This document shows, piece by piece, positions 12,301-26,022 of a DNA stretch of 64,000 bases. The stretch is from Balanoglossus misakiensis. Its lineage: Eukaryota; Animalia; Hemichordata. The DNA lies in NCBI GenBank assembly GCA_040954595.2, contig CM082582.2, positions 10,469,483-10,533,482 of the forward strand. The letters are read 5' to 3'. The position numbers were made by a program, and so were the translations under genes. Positions within the stretch are counted from its first letter, which is position 1. Each line of letters starts with the position of its first letter. The notes beneath the pieces were generated by a model. The model ran no database searches. It was not told the origin of the DNA and saw nothing but the letters and a program-made list of their open reading frames with translations.

Positions 12301-15087
12301 AAAAGCGTAGAGAATTTGCATGAGTTGGCCACTGAAAAGAGTCCGCCCCAGCCGAGTGGTGCATCCAGGTATGGCAATGCACGGACAATGCAAGAGCACC
12401 ACACTCAGCTTGCTGCTGCTGCCAAAATTTGCACCAAAAATACGCAAGCAAACAGCACTTGTGCCGTGATCACCATTTCACATACATTTTGGAATGCAAC
12501 ACCCGCACTAACATGCAACTTGAATGAAGCGTGCAATCCAGCTTCCGACGCAGCCAGCAAAACTAAAGCTCAGTATCTGCGCAGCGCTTTTATATTTTGA
12601 AACTGCACTGCCGTTATGCACCCTTGGCGATTGTATCTTCTGCGTATTTTGCACAACCCAGGAGAACACACCACTTGAAATGATTATTCTCTCCACACCA
12701 AGCCCGTCAATAATTAAAAATTATAACGACCAATTGTATCTAAGCGACATCATTGTCTACCTGACTCAGTCCATATTTTTAATTATACAGTGTATTAATA
12801 TCACAGTTTTACATAATCATGGGTAAACTAATTGTATTTTCATGTTTAACTCAACCTTTTTCCAGATCCTAACAGCAAAGTAACAATGCTGTTATTATTT
12901 TAATTTTTAAAATATAAACCATACCAAGAATGTTTTTTAAAGAAAAATATATGCATGTAGAATCTCTCGTATACGGTAACTCATTCTTGGTTATCATTTT
13001 CACCATATATGGTAAAGGTTTACCGGGGTAATTCGAATGCTTGATTCATTACATGGTAGTAGTAGCTAATGAAACAGGTAAGGGGTAGAGTTTGATACCA
13101 CCAGGATTTCATTGTATAAACAGGTCATATTTTATACATTTACGTCCATTTTTGACAAGCCGTCTTGTTTAATATGCATGACTGATAGCTAATGTTACTA
13201 AGACAATCAAGTACAGAGTTCTCAAATTAACTTGCTCTATAAAAAAATTTCCTCATTGATCAAATTTTCCAAATTATTTGTTTAGTATAATGTTTGGCTC
13301 TCTGTGTGTCTTTCTGTGTCAACAGAATTGTCCAATGGGTGTGACTGCATCACTTTGCTGTCACAGATATTTTGTAGACATACATTGCATTCTCGTGAAC
13401 TCTGAACCTGGTAACTCTCTAAACAGGCATCTCTGACTACATGAAGAGTGCCTATATAAGCATGCATTCTACTTCCTGTGTCCCCACGACCCCCCACCCC
13501 CACACGCTCGTTTGTTTGTGAGCTTAGCATCACCGCCCCCTCTTTACACCCCCCCCCCCCCCACCGCTAGCTCCACAAAATTAACAGTTTTGTATTCCAT
13601 TGCTGCTTCCTTCAAACATAAAAGCTGTTGATGGGTGAGTAACTTTTCTGTGCAGACTATTATTTTATCACATGCATCCAACACCTGCATGAAGATATCT
13701 AATCCGTGTGCTAATAACAACATTTATTTATTTTATTTTGCTAACATGCACCTTAAAACATTACATAACATGAAAGATAATTTTAACACTCATTTCTGAC
13801 TCGCTTCACATTTTCAAAATCTCAAAACATTCATCAGAGGTACGGGTGGAGAATGTTATTTGATGGACACATGCACGTAATCTACTCAACATTCTAACTG
13901 TGTGTATATGTGCGTGTGCACTACATGTTTAGTAGAGAAGACAAATGGTTTTCATATATCCAGTTAAAGCCATTTATGTCATCAACAACCTTGTCATCTC
14001 GGAGATTTAATTCTTAATCTTTTGAGGTGTAACCCATGTAGAATGAATTGGTGTAGTTATCGTTAGAAAGCTGCCAGAAAGGAGGGTATAACTGTATAAC
14101 TTAGAAATGATGGTGGTGGCATATAACAGCGTAACATTATGAACTCATCAGCTTGCATAATCATAAAGGAGTATATCAGTTTGTGATAGGAGCATTTTCA
14201 CGTAGGTGTAATCACGTAGTTAACAAAACACAACCAGCAGAGTGTTTTATAAATGATATATTCACAGTACCGGATACTTTGATTATAGAGATCTAATCCT
14301 TAGAACACACTCACATTTTAAACAGCCTATGAACCATGGTGTAGGTTGGGTGATTCAAGTAGAATGTGTACTTCTAATTAGTTTACTAATGATGAGAAGA
14401 ATTTTACCAAGCACTGGCTCTTGTCCGAAAATAATTAACTTATATGTAAAAATGATAGCAAACTTATAAACAGTTGAGACAAATGTCTAAATAAATACTA
14501 GCTTCACCAAGCCTGCTTAGCTGCATCCAGGCAAAAATATTGTCAGCTCTGCTAATTGTCTGCCTGTGTTCGACTGTGTTGACGACCGTCAAATCTGTTG
14601 TCATGCATCTCCTCCAATCCCAACTCCTAGATTCACAAAATAGCACATGCATCTACACCACATTTTCAGAGAAAAATATTCAGACACAAATTTTCCAGAT
14701 TTGAGTGTTTTTCTTCTTCTATACAGTGATCAAGCTGATTCTGCTGGTCGTGTGGTACGTGTCGTATTGCTGCACATTGCGTGCGTGGCTAACTGACGAT
14801 TTGATATTCTGTTTCTCTCTCGTCTCTCAGCACAACATCCGTTCACGATACAGAGCTATGGGGAGAGTGGAATGAGTCACCAGCCAAGCTCGCCAACCAA
14901 TCAGCTGAGTACAACCTATAATGAGGAGAACCCGATCAACGAACAAACGCAAGTCGCGGTGGAGTCGCCGGTGCTCAACAACCTGTCGGCGCATTCACCG
15001 AGGGTATCGCGGGCCAGCGGACGAATCTCACAAGCATTGTCGAGCGGTCACACTACAAGACGGTCTATCAGGAGTGATGGTCCGTGA
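3390..15087 (+). CDS. ANKAR: Ankyrin and armadillo repeat-containing protein (ANKAR-like, N-terminally short)
   Basis: Probable exon 1 at 3390-3412 (MAMFGST, phase 2). Then 4889-6546 (ankyrin repeats such as KGWSHIHHAASRGY and MTPLLLAVESG, followed by ARM repeats), 9248-9492, 9745-9901, 10359-10506, 10723-10842 (WRHYRRIGLPP), 11895-11956, optional 12296-12368 and 14727-14746, and last exon 14831-15087. First exon and 3' small exons are less certain; could be a paralogue rather than the orthologue. Confidence 0.82.
4670..4800. repeat. Degenerate ~11-bp minisatellite with near-palindromic units (ggattcctata-like, about 10-11 copies)
   Basis: Units ggattcctata, ggagtcctaaa, ggaatccctta, gggttcctgta, ggaaccctaaa etc. 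read directly. Confidence 0.85.
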
Positions 15088-17509
15088 GGCTGAAATTGTA
15101 CCAAAAATGTAAACTAGAAGATATTTTAAAGAAAATATTGAATGATCTGGTAATTTTTTGACCAGAACTATACCAAATGTATGATTGTGAAATTTTGGTA
15201 GTTGATAACTTGTGAAATGGCAATCACAGAATGGTTGAAACATATCTTTGTCCTTTCAGTTCGAAGGTCAGTAAAGAGGATATGCAAGAAAGAATTGCAA
15301 AACTTCAGAAATGATCACGTTTAACATGAAAATCTGATATTCTTGGTATATTTTTGTGTAAGAATCTGGAACAGAATAAAATAATAATGTTGGATGTGGT
15401 CACATCACTGTTAGATAACCAATTCCAATAAAATATGAGATAATGGTATCATATTCAAAGTTTTCAGTGAAATATTTTGATATGTTCACACATTTTCAGA
15501 ATGTAAATGTTTTCAGCATTTATTTCAGGGATATATCACGATGCCGTCCAAAAGTGGATATTAACCCAATTCATTTCTTGTAACTGTGAGGGCGCTCTTC
15601 ACGTAGGCCACTTCACGAAGCACATACCAAGTGTACACAAGTAATAAGATACTGCAGTTTAGTGGTAAAATATATGCAAATGACAAATAGTGTGTGACTT
15701 GAAGTATAGTGCTTTTGAAGAATAATTTTGATGTTATACCTTTTATTTACAAGGCCTAGTCTCTAGCCTGAACTTAAATATTAATGTTTGGAGTTTTGCT
15801 TAAAATCATGTGTGAGATATTTGTTTCTTTGATTCCAATTCATTGCATTATATCAGGTGAAAGACACGCAATAATCCATTTTATATGACCCCTTGATCCC
15901 ATTACTTTCAACGTAATAAAACAAGTGTAAAGTGTGAATTTTAATCACAGCAGTTAAATGCTTCAACTAATGTGTGTCGAAAAAAATGTTGATATTTGTT
16001 GAATTTGATCGTGACAAGAGTCATGTTATACCATAGCATTACATTTACAAGTTTTTATCTTCAGAAACTCGGGATATACCCTCCTTTAGTTCAAGTGTGA
16101 AGTATATCTGTTCTGGTCCAATTCCATAGACAATTAACAAGTGAAACAAAATGTTTATCCAAAGGGTTTGAAATGCACAATTATCGTGATGATGAGCTTA
16201 TCTTCTATTTTGTTACTCATCACAATACTCACTTTTTTGAGTAACGGTTTGATTTGGGATACAGATAATGTGTGACAGCTGGTATTAAATCAGTTTGATT
16301 TTGTCGTATGATTTCTTGCGGATCCAGAATCTGGTACTTGAACTGTGACATCTTCATTTGACACCAAACTTCTGCCGACTGAACAAGAATACCAGTGATT
16401 GTGTTTGCAATGTACATGTATATAAATTTGTGTAAAATAATGAATTTTGGGAACAGTTATGTAGTAACACAATAAAATTGGTGCCTTCATAAATTTACTA
16501 AATTGATGTTTTCTGTGTGTCATCTAAAATTATGAGTGTTGATTCTAAACCAAACCAAACCGAACCAACAGTTGCAGTAGATCATAGTGGATGTAGTTGT
16601 ACAAATGAACATGTACGACTTTTTATCCGACTGGACACTAGAAAAGAGATTTCACAGATGTAAGTGTAAACAATGTTAGTTTATTGTATATTTATTTCAC
16701 AAAAAAATGTTTTTAAATATCAGTCTCACAAAGACCCTTATTAATAAGTTAAATATCATTCAACATGAAGTTGGATTCTTTCGGGGAAGGGGGGGGGGGG
16801 TCACGTACGAATATCCTGCGAGATACTCTTCACCATGCGCGTGCGCGTGTGTGACGTCAGAGTGAACAGGTACTTGATTGTACCTGCGTACCTTTGGCCC
16901 CTTTGAAAAAATGCTCGCTTTCACTGGTTCACCTTCTAAACACAAGGCAGTCTCCAGCCCCAACTCAAGAACTCGTCCACAGGTAAGTCACGGCACTCGA
17001 GATAGATGAAAAGGAGTATGGGTTTATGAGATAATTCGTATTGTGAACTGTTATCACTCGCCCTGTCTGTTGTATTGGCGTACGCGTGATCGTCCCTCGA
17101 GAACTGCCGTAAAAGGTAACGTCATCGAGAGGCAGTGTTTCTCAAACTTCAAGCTTCTTGTCAACGTTGTAAAGTTTGTTTTTGTATATCACAGGTTTGG
17201 GTGTAACAGTGGGAAATTTCTGAGATCAATTGTCTTTTTCAGTTCGCATTAGGTAGACTTTCTGAAAATTATAAAAAACAGTAACTTCCCTCATAAAACA
17301 AAGATAGGATGTTAAAAGATGTAAGACAAGATAATTAACTTGCAAAAAGACGTAATTTAGTGGTTGAATCAAAATATTTTGGTCAATGTAATGTCAATAA
17401 TTTAAAATTAGTTTGCCCATTCGCTGAAAAGTACAAATGCTTTGCAAAGGTATGATTTAATAGTTCAAATTGAACTCAACTTTTTGAGAGAAAAAAACTT
17501 TCTCACACG

Positions 17510-20500
17510 TCACATGTCAAATGACTGCGAGCGTTCTACACCTGCAAGTGACGACAGTTTAGTTGTCCTTTTTTGGTGCGGCGAAGAATGCGTAACATAG
17601 CTATCCTCCGCTATAGTTCCCGGGGGCGCATCCATAGGGACGGCTCCGGGTGGATTTGGCTCGATGACTCTCTGATTCCCGGATGTCGATCGCTTGCTTG
17701 AAATTCTCCGGACTGGTGGCAGCCGTTTCTTTTTCTTTCGTTTCGCCTTCCCCCCTCTGTCGAGTTCCTTTAGCAACGGAGGCAGGTTGCCACCACGATC
17801 GCGGTTGTGGCCGCTGTGAGAATTGTTCTCCCAGCCGAGTTTGCGCGGACTGTCTCGGCTCCCCTGTGTGCTGCCGTTTGTCGCCCTGGACGAGGTCTTG
17901 TGTCTGGCCGTTGAAGAACCGCCCGTTTCCTCGTCCTCGTCCATCGGCGCTGTCTGATTCCTCTGTGAGATCTTCCACCTTACGGCAGCTTGTATACCGA
18001 TGATTACCAACACACCGAGGGCACACAGAATAATTATTCCCCAGAGACTAAAGCTCCCCGTACTCTCTGCAATTGAGACAAAGATATGGAGAGACCATAA
18101 GGGTAATAGACCGTTTTCCGAACTCCACGAGACACTGCGAGATGTCGTGTGGCTAGGCAGTTTTAGTGACTGTGATGTATCGAATTCCAATGAAAACATG
18201 GCTTACCGTCTTCGAGGGGTTGTCCGCCCGGAAGATAACGTTGTGTAGTACCACCTGTGAACCATTAAAAGTATAATTAAACTGATGTAAAAACCAATTA
18301 TCTTACTTTATCCAATAGCTGTATGATGTGGTACAACAAATGTTACTTTCAAGCATGGCGAAATCATTCCATCGACCTTTGATCTCGTGCTCGCCCCTAC
18401 GAGAGGGGATATTAAAACTTTCTCGCGGAAAAACAAAAGTTACCGACTTAAGCTACCTATTGAGGGCGCTAACTCCACCCGATGTTGCCTCTCACGTACC
18501 TATTGTCTTCTTGCAGATAAATGCAAATTCGTTGTAACAGGATTGTACGAGCCATGAACCATCGCTGAGGTCAAAAACTGCACATTTTTCATCCCCGGCC
18601 CACTCTTCGGGATGACCAGCTGTCCAACTGATAACAGAGAAGGTGTGTGAGATGGTAATAATGTTTCTACAACTATGCACACACAGGAAAAGGTAAGAGA
18701 ATCATTTTGTATTGAACCCGAAAGGTTGACACTCTCACAAACATGTCGTCCCGCAGTCATTCAATATGCAAGTTTCGAACACACACATGCGCATAAATTA
18801 TAAAATTCTTTGGTTTCAATCTTACTTTTGATAATTATAAGCAGATCGATCAATCCACTTGAACTCGGTTACTGAATTACTTGCATATCTCTCAAGTCCC
18901 ATCCACGTATAACTCCACGGCCCTGAAAATGTGCCTAAAAATAAAAGAAGTGTGTTATTACGCGCTTGTAGTTTGAAATTAATACCAGCTGTGACAGGTA
19001 ACCTTATAACTTTTTGTAACTTACTCTGTAAATATTCACTTTCTTCGTCGTTTCTCAAGGTCAGAAGATTTGACGCGTCGTTCATACACTGTGTTTGGGC
19101 GTCATTCCAATTGGCAACATCTGTCCTCATTCGGTAGCAGTAACTATCATTGCCATACCAGTTCAGAGGGCAACTACCAACAGCTATGGAGAAACGAGCA
19201 GAGGGAAGGTGAGATTCTGATATGGGGCTATTTTAATTTTTTCGATTATTTACTGTCACACAATTGTGTCGCAAACACAGAAAATTCGCTCACCGAAGCT
19301 TTGGTACGTTATGGAGAACCCGGTCCTCTGTGTTGCCGAATCACTGACAAATTCAATATACAAATCCGCACCAGAACTTGTAATGTAAGGCGAATATTCG
19401 GTGCCACACCACTGCACTAAAATGTCGGAGCTTGAAGTAGCACCTGGAAGTAAAGAAAGGGCATATGTTCATATAAACACTATAGGTGACTGTATCCCGT
19501 TTCATGTGCGCAGGACGATGTATAAACCATGCCCGACGACGATTGTGTGATTATGCGCGATACACATCGTCACATGGAACCATTTTCCCCGTCACGTTGA
19601 TATCTGATCTCCATCATACCGTGAAGCTAGCTCCTTGGTCATACTGAATCAGCAGGTGTATTCTTTTTGATTGGATGTCACGGTTCAGAGTGTCATGTCA
19701 CGGTTCAGAGTGTCAACCAATGACTGGTGCCAATGAATCTTACAGGTGGTTGTCAAACTATGTATACGCAGGGGCCTTATATACCGAATTTGTTCACTTA
19801 CCGTCTCTGACAGCGACATAGTCATACGCACAGTCGCCGGAGTACGGGTCCTCCAGTACGCTGTCCGTCACCTCAAGCATTATGCGGTAGTCGCTGGACG
19901 GGGCCGATAATTTCCACGCACATAGGGAGTCAGCCGAGTACAGGTTCGGGTAGTTCGGCGAAGCGATGGTTTTCTGCGAAGTTGTGGCACTCAATTCCAG
20001 CGTGGTGGATGAACATTGTCCTTTATTAAGACGCCAAACACATACAAAAAACCCACGTTAGAACCTCTAATCGTTGATAATTTCAACGAGGTTTTACAGG
20101 ATTATTGAAAGTGGACATTTGCAGGATTTACATTTTATGTAAGCAGGGATAACCCTCCTCGCCCTTTGTCTCCACCGCAATACTACAATGGTTATTGTGT
20201 TCATGGGGAGCGGGGAGATGGGGACTGAAATTTTCAACAGAAAGGGACACCGCAGGAATCTGCTGCCTGTATAGATTTGAAAACTAGTACACAGCGATAG
20301 ATTCACAGGCAAAATATTTTACACGCGATGTTTCGCTTTAGTTCTCACTTGGCCAATCCGATCACACTGACACATGTGATCGGAGAAGTGGTCGAGCGAC
20401 GGAAAGATCATTTTAATTTTACTGTTTTGCACCAAAATCGACTACAAGATATACCGGCAAAGTGAAAAACAAAACAAAAACAGATTGCCGTTATAAAATC

Positions 20501-21578
20501 AGTGTAAAAATGGTAGTCTCGTGAAAGTGGAACTTTCTTTGTATGAGATAACTAAGCGACTATACCTAACGGACACGCATAGGGTGGCCCTTGGGCAAAA
20601 AGTCGACCCATTGTCGCTTTAAACTGTCGAACTGTTTACAAAAGAGAAACCACTGCCACAAATATAACTGTAGTCAACACGCATGCACAGATCAATACCA
20701 TCTGAAAGCGTTGTTCAAAGACCATTCAGTGTTTCTGATCGGGACTATAGCTTGGAGGTCGTCCGAAAGTTAATCCCCGTGATCCTGTGTACTCTGAAGG
20801 GAAATGCACTACAAAAATACGAGTATTGTTTTCCGGGGTAGGTGCTTGGCGACGGTAGCAACCGATGTCGGGGGAGGTGTTGCGTTAATGCAGTTATCAT
20901 AGACGCGACAGCTGAGATTCCAACGAGTGACCCCTATGTCTTAGACTCGTAAGTGTGAATTAAAATGTGAGACTTATTTACCTGTGACAGGAACAGTATT
21001 GCACACGAGAAGGACTGCAAAAAAAAGAAAAGAAAACAAGAACGAGAGAAAAAGACATGTTATTTGGTGGTTTTGAAATTAAGTCATAGCTGATCTCTCC
21101 CCCCACCGTTAAAGTGCCCAATCTTCAAGACACTAACGTGGTCTCGCCGAAAGGGAACGTGTTGCTTAATCTAATGGTTGCTGTCTGAATTGATTTTATG
21201 TTCTTACATGCTTTTTGTGTTTCGGATAATACGTCGAAAATAACAATCAATTCAAATTATCACCAGGGGATCATAAAATAATTGACTGTCGCCGCGAATG
21301 ACTGAGAAATGGCCGCTTATGTCACAGAATTACAACTCAGAATTTAAGTAGCCCCGTGGAGTAGTTGCGCTGTCATGTTGGTTTGACGAACGCCGCATAT
21401 GCAAGTTTCCAGACCGCGTTAGCGTGCGGAACCACGCGGGATAACAAAATGAGTTTGACGATATGGTAAAAATCGCTAATTTACGCGAAGCGAATGAAAT
21501 TGCAGATATCGGTTCTATTTAACTCTTTTTTTTTGTAAACTCACCTGTACCAAAGACAATCAACCCTAGATAGTCCAT
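17510..21578 (-). CDS. Type I membrane protein: signal peptide - CUB - C-type lectin - TM - long basic/Pro-rich tail
   Basis: Exons 21578-21545 (MDYLGLIVFGT), 21014-20982, 20020-19802 and 19443-19294 (CUB: ASPNYP...CAWKL...CAYDYV...WCG...FVSD...GF), 19183-19025, ~18934-18826 and ~18627-18500 (CTLD: CPLNW...CY...WNDAQTQC...WMGL...C...W...C...FICKK), ~18254-18207, ~18067-17510 (TM WGIIILCALGVLVIIGIQAAV). Confidence 0.88.
19676..19715. repeat. Exact 20-bp tandem duplication (tgtcacggttcagagtgtca x2), intronic
   Basis: Direct read. Confidence 0.9.
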
Positions 21579-22793
21579 CTCTATAGTACTGCTTCTTGCC
21601 CGGGGCGGCGTCGTCCTATTGTTATCTCAACAAACCTAAACAAGGGAAAATATTGATCGGTTTTTGTGAAAATGGCACAAAAAAGTACACCGACGGCCAT
21701 TACCCATGGGTAGCACTAATGAGTTTTTGATTAATGTTTATTTTAATTAACCGTCTTATAAATTAATAATTCTTCTATGTTAAGAAAATCTTTTTATTTA
21801 TGCAGTCTTTCCTCTGGCAATCTCAGCGATGTTAGAATAGACCCCGAATTGAAAGAAACCACTGACGATTTTGGCCGAATGATGACCAGCCCTTCCAAAC
21901 GCCAGACTTTTCTTGAATGTGTATAAATTCGTCAAGTCTCAAAGTAGTGTCCCCATTTACTATAGGTAGTACATAAGATGTTTATATTGCTGTATTCAGC
22001 AAACGGATCTACACATCACGAGCAAATACCGAAACCAATCTGCAAGTGTACACGCGATTAGCTTTAAAACAACATGGCAAAATTTCTTCGAGCAGTGCGA
22101 GAGAAAAAACATTCTGGGGAGATGGGTGTAACTTCACTGAGACCAATTGGGTGTGAATATGATAAAATTCTTCCTACCTCTATACTTTAGCGACTACATT
22201 TTGTCCGCCTCAGCATCGTGTGGTTTTTAACGGGTCTCCGTTACAACATTACGCGACCGCTACACTTTCTTCGGTGAAAAGTGATGTCTTCGTTACATAA
22301 CTTAAACAAAAGATTCTTTAAAACGAAGCATTGTTGTCTCTTCGTGGCCATGGAGATTGTGGGAGAGATCTCGATGAGGGCGCTTCAGACCCAGGCTATT
22401 CATTTCAATTTGGGGGTCTATGATTTCACCGTACAGCCAGTCGAATCTAACACATTTTTAGTGAAAATGCATGCGCGCAATCTGTTTAAAATCAGAAAGA
22501 GAGTTAGCTGTCGTCTTTTCCTTTGCTAAAAAAATAACAAACCAATACAGGACAGCGGTGACTGTAAAAACGCGTCCTTGTTTAATTCATTAACATGCTA
22601 TGATTTACACATAATACTTTCTATAAAGATGTCTCTGTAAAATCTACAAAAAATGCAATGATTCTTCTTGTAACAAGTACATAAAGCCTTTGGTCTGTGC
22701 TATCGTGTAGTGGAAGTCCGTGCCACGGGTAATTGCGTTGTCTGTTTAAATTAAAACTATAGCACTATTCTGTCGTGACGTTGAGATAGCTGT

Positions 22794-24436
22794 TCACAAT
22801 ATGACGCAATCCGGTTTTTCTTCGTCAATCTCGGCCAACCTCTCTCGTTCAGCTTTCTCCCTGGCCGCGTCGTCGGACCTGTCCTTCAGATCGTCCAAGA
22901 TGTTCGGGTGCGGCTTGTGTTTTCGGATTTTCGGGGCAATGTTCGAGACCAGACTCTCGACGGCGGAGGAGTCCCTGAAGTACGTGTCCAAGTACTTGCG
23001 CACATAGGTCTGACACCCCCGGGGGTCGTGATCGGCGGGGTTGTGGGGCATCTTCCAGAAGCACTGCTGCAGGTCCGTCAGAGGCTCTTCCTTGTTCAGG
23101 CTGGTTTCGTCGTGCAGCCAGTGCACCAGCTCCTCGTCGAACAGCTCCCGGAAGAGCGAGTCGATCTTCTCGGGGTTCCTGTGCAGGCTGACCTTGTCCA
23201 CGGTGTTGGAGTTGAGGAAGAAGCGCAGCGTCTTGAAGATGCCTTCGAAGATGGTGTCGTAGTTGAAGATGATCATCTTGCCCAGCCTCTCCGGGTAGTG
23301 GTTGGACAGTGTCTGAAACGCCGTGTAGCTCGCTTTCGGATTTGCATAGGCTGCTGTGGGCATACCTGTTCAAATCAAACAGAGAAACAGCAGAAAATAA
23401 GTTATAATATATGTACCCATGTACTGAACACGTCAACTGTTTATTTAGCTGTTGCGTGTACGTGTCACTTGTTTCTATACATTTTAACTAATGATTTATA
23501 AATTCCACATTATTGCATTAATGTTTTACTTAAGTCCAATTTACTTGAAATTTTCATTAATTGGCTTTTTTTCATTTGGGTTAGCGATAAACCCAAGAGC
23601 AAGCCAGTCTAGTAGGCTACTAGACAAGGCAGCCAATGCTCAAACTATGTTTCATACAAAACCACCTGTAGGATCAAAGTTCCTGATCCCCCTAATGATG
23701 GCAACCTTTGTACAGTAATGCCTACATTTAGGGCATGCAATAAGAACACTTGTATGTCAACAAAGGGTGTATGTACACTTACCTGTACAGTCAACGATCC
23801 ACACCCATTGGTGGACGCTCGGAGGCATGGTAACGAGCGCGTTCTCCATGAGATACATGACGTGGTTCAAACTGTCCTCAACCGTGTACTTCCGAACCGG
23901 TGATTGAGCGAAACAGGCGTAGACGACAGGTCTCCCGTTTTTGTCAAAACCAACTTGTCGCTGGGTGGGAGAAAGTGGGAGGGGTTAAGGGGTGGGGATA
24001 ACAGCATCAATATACAGTATACAAAAGAGCTAATGTATAGACGAATTCATTGCAGTATTTTAGTAGACCTACCCACGAGTGGTAGCCAAGCTGTTCCAGA
24101 CATTCGCTGCAGTTTTGTTTCCATGGTTTCTTTTCTTTCCTCCACAGAATTGTGGCCTTGATCATGGTCTCGGCGTCCTTCACATTCCAGTTCTTGGCGA
24201 CAAGGTGTCGTTTAAGGCTGTCAGAAAAAGAGAGAGATAGAGAAATTATTCGCACCGGCGCTTTGAAATCTGAGGAATGCAAGATTTTTTTTGAGGCGAA
24301 AAAGAAATCTAGAAGATATGTTTTTGTACTTGTTCGTGTTCCTGGCGTACTTCTCTTCGTCCGTGACGTCGACAAGTCTCTCCCTCAAGTCGTCCACAAG
24401 CTTCTCCTGTTCGGTTTCGTCGGCTGGGGGCGCCAT
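22794..24436 (-). CDS. CRAL-TRIO (Sec14-like) lipid-binding protein with C-terminal CaaX (CVIL)
   Basis: Exons 24436-24330, 24217-24073, 23960-23783, 23365-22794. Motifs LKRHLVAKNWNVKDAETM..TILWRKE (CRAL_TRIO_N), GFDKNGRPVVY, WVWIVDCTG, LSNHYPERLGKMII...FL..NTVDKV. Non-coding upstream exon likely (donor ~25447, acceptor ~24469). Confidence 0.92.
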
Positions 24437-26022
24437 GTTCAATACTCTTTCCTATAGGCGCCAGTTACCTGCGAAGAAATCAATTTTCAGAGAGTTTTAG
24501 CAGTTCTGCTAATTTCCGGTTTATTCATCATGAAATTAGACAGATATTAACAACCCGTGGAGCCAAATCGCTATAGCTTTTACATTGTAAACTGGCGCTG
24601 ACGTTAGATCGCGTCCATCAGTGTCAATAATGTGACTATCATGCAACAGGACCCGTTTTATGTTTTTGCCTTGCACTTTGACGTGTGACATTCATTGAAC
24701 AGCTGTGCCAAATTTGTGTTTGTCATTGGAACGGGTGATTCGGTGCCATCCAATTGCAACCACACTAACATACAATGCGTGAATTGAACAGTTGCTAAAC
24801 AACAATTAGAGGGTAATGGAATTATCATAATTACTCTCTGTGTTTCAATGGTGACAAATTAAAAGGTGGCAATTGAATACGGCCACATGGTCAACTTGAT
24901 ACCACTTTCACTACATCCCATACGCCTAGTTACAGGACTATTGTGTTAGTGACGCTCTCGTATTCAAATCTGGGTCAAACTCCCAAGCAGGGCATCGGTT
25001 GATGGATGGCATGAATGTTGAACATAGTATGATGGGGCAAATTATTAAATTATTATAAAGCTTATTATTGAACATTGCATCACGGATAAAAATTCCATGT
25101 TCTCTTCATAGATAAAAAAAATCGGTAATTACTGCAAAATCCAGCTAATGTAGCAGCCTAAGATAATCGCCGATTTGACCAATGTACATTAAGTTTCTAT
25201 AGAAATAATATTTTTAAATATCATTAAAAATATGAAGTACACAATACTGAATGCAAATATTTTCACAAAATTTATGAACGTTCTAGTTTACTGCGTGTAC
25301 AGAAACCAAACATACTGCAACGTGTAGTGTCAACAAAATGGCTATCACTGTTTTACGGCATCATATACCAATGTCTAACAGTCAGGTATCAATTATTTAA
25401 ATGGACGAGGTATTTAGGAAAGAAAACTAACCATCGTATTCACTTACCGTTGCGTTGATTTCAGATGTTGGTGTCAGGGCGGGAGGGCAGTGTCTGGTCG
25501 GTCGGTGTTTAAGCGTCGAAGTCGGGTCGATATTTCAATATTTCTACGCTGAGTTATGACCGCCCCATCTGTTGCCGCACGACCGTAAAGCTGCAGCGGC
25601 GCGCCATCTATACCAAATCGGATTGATCAGCATCACAACATGTGGTATTAGAGCAACAACGGAGGCAAATACGTAATGTGTGGATTCGACGAGCGCCACC
25701 GTGAGACCAAAACGCTATATGCTTTTGGCCCCATTGGGCGCTGTAATGGGGGCCTTGTATAGCATGCAACAGGTGCTTGACATTTTAATGACTTTCATCA
25801 TTGGACAAGCCACAGTCGCGTGGACGAATACCAACCAGGTAGGCCTATATTCGTCTCAGATACATCGAGCATGTGTAGCCGTTGAATAAAGGCGAGATTA
25901 CCTCGGACTGATCATAACTCTATTTATCTGCCACCTTTGGCCTTGGCGAGCTCAACCAAAAGTTAATTATTTACTAAGTAGTGCGTCGAAAGCAACATTA
26001 TCAGGATTGGAAAGGTCGTGTC

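Noticed and set aside
16946-16962. Exact 17-nt inverted match to INTS8 exon 1 (678-694)
   Set aside because: Roughly 0.2 such matches are expected by chance in 64 kb, and the match does not extend.
24218-24329. Apparent frameshift in the CRAL-TRIO N-terminus
   Set aside because: Explained by a 112-nt GT-AG intron with a pyrimidine tract.
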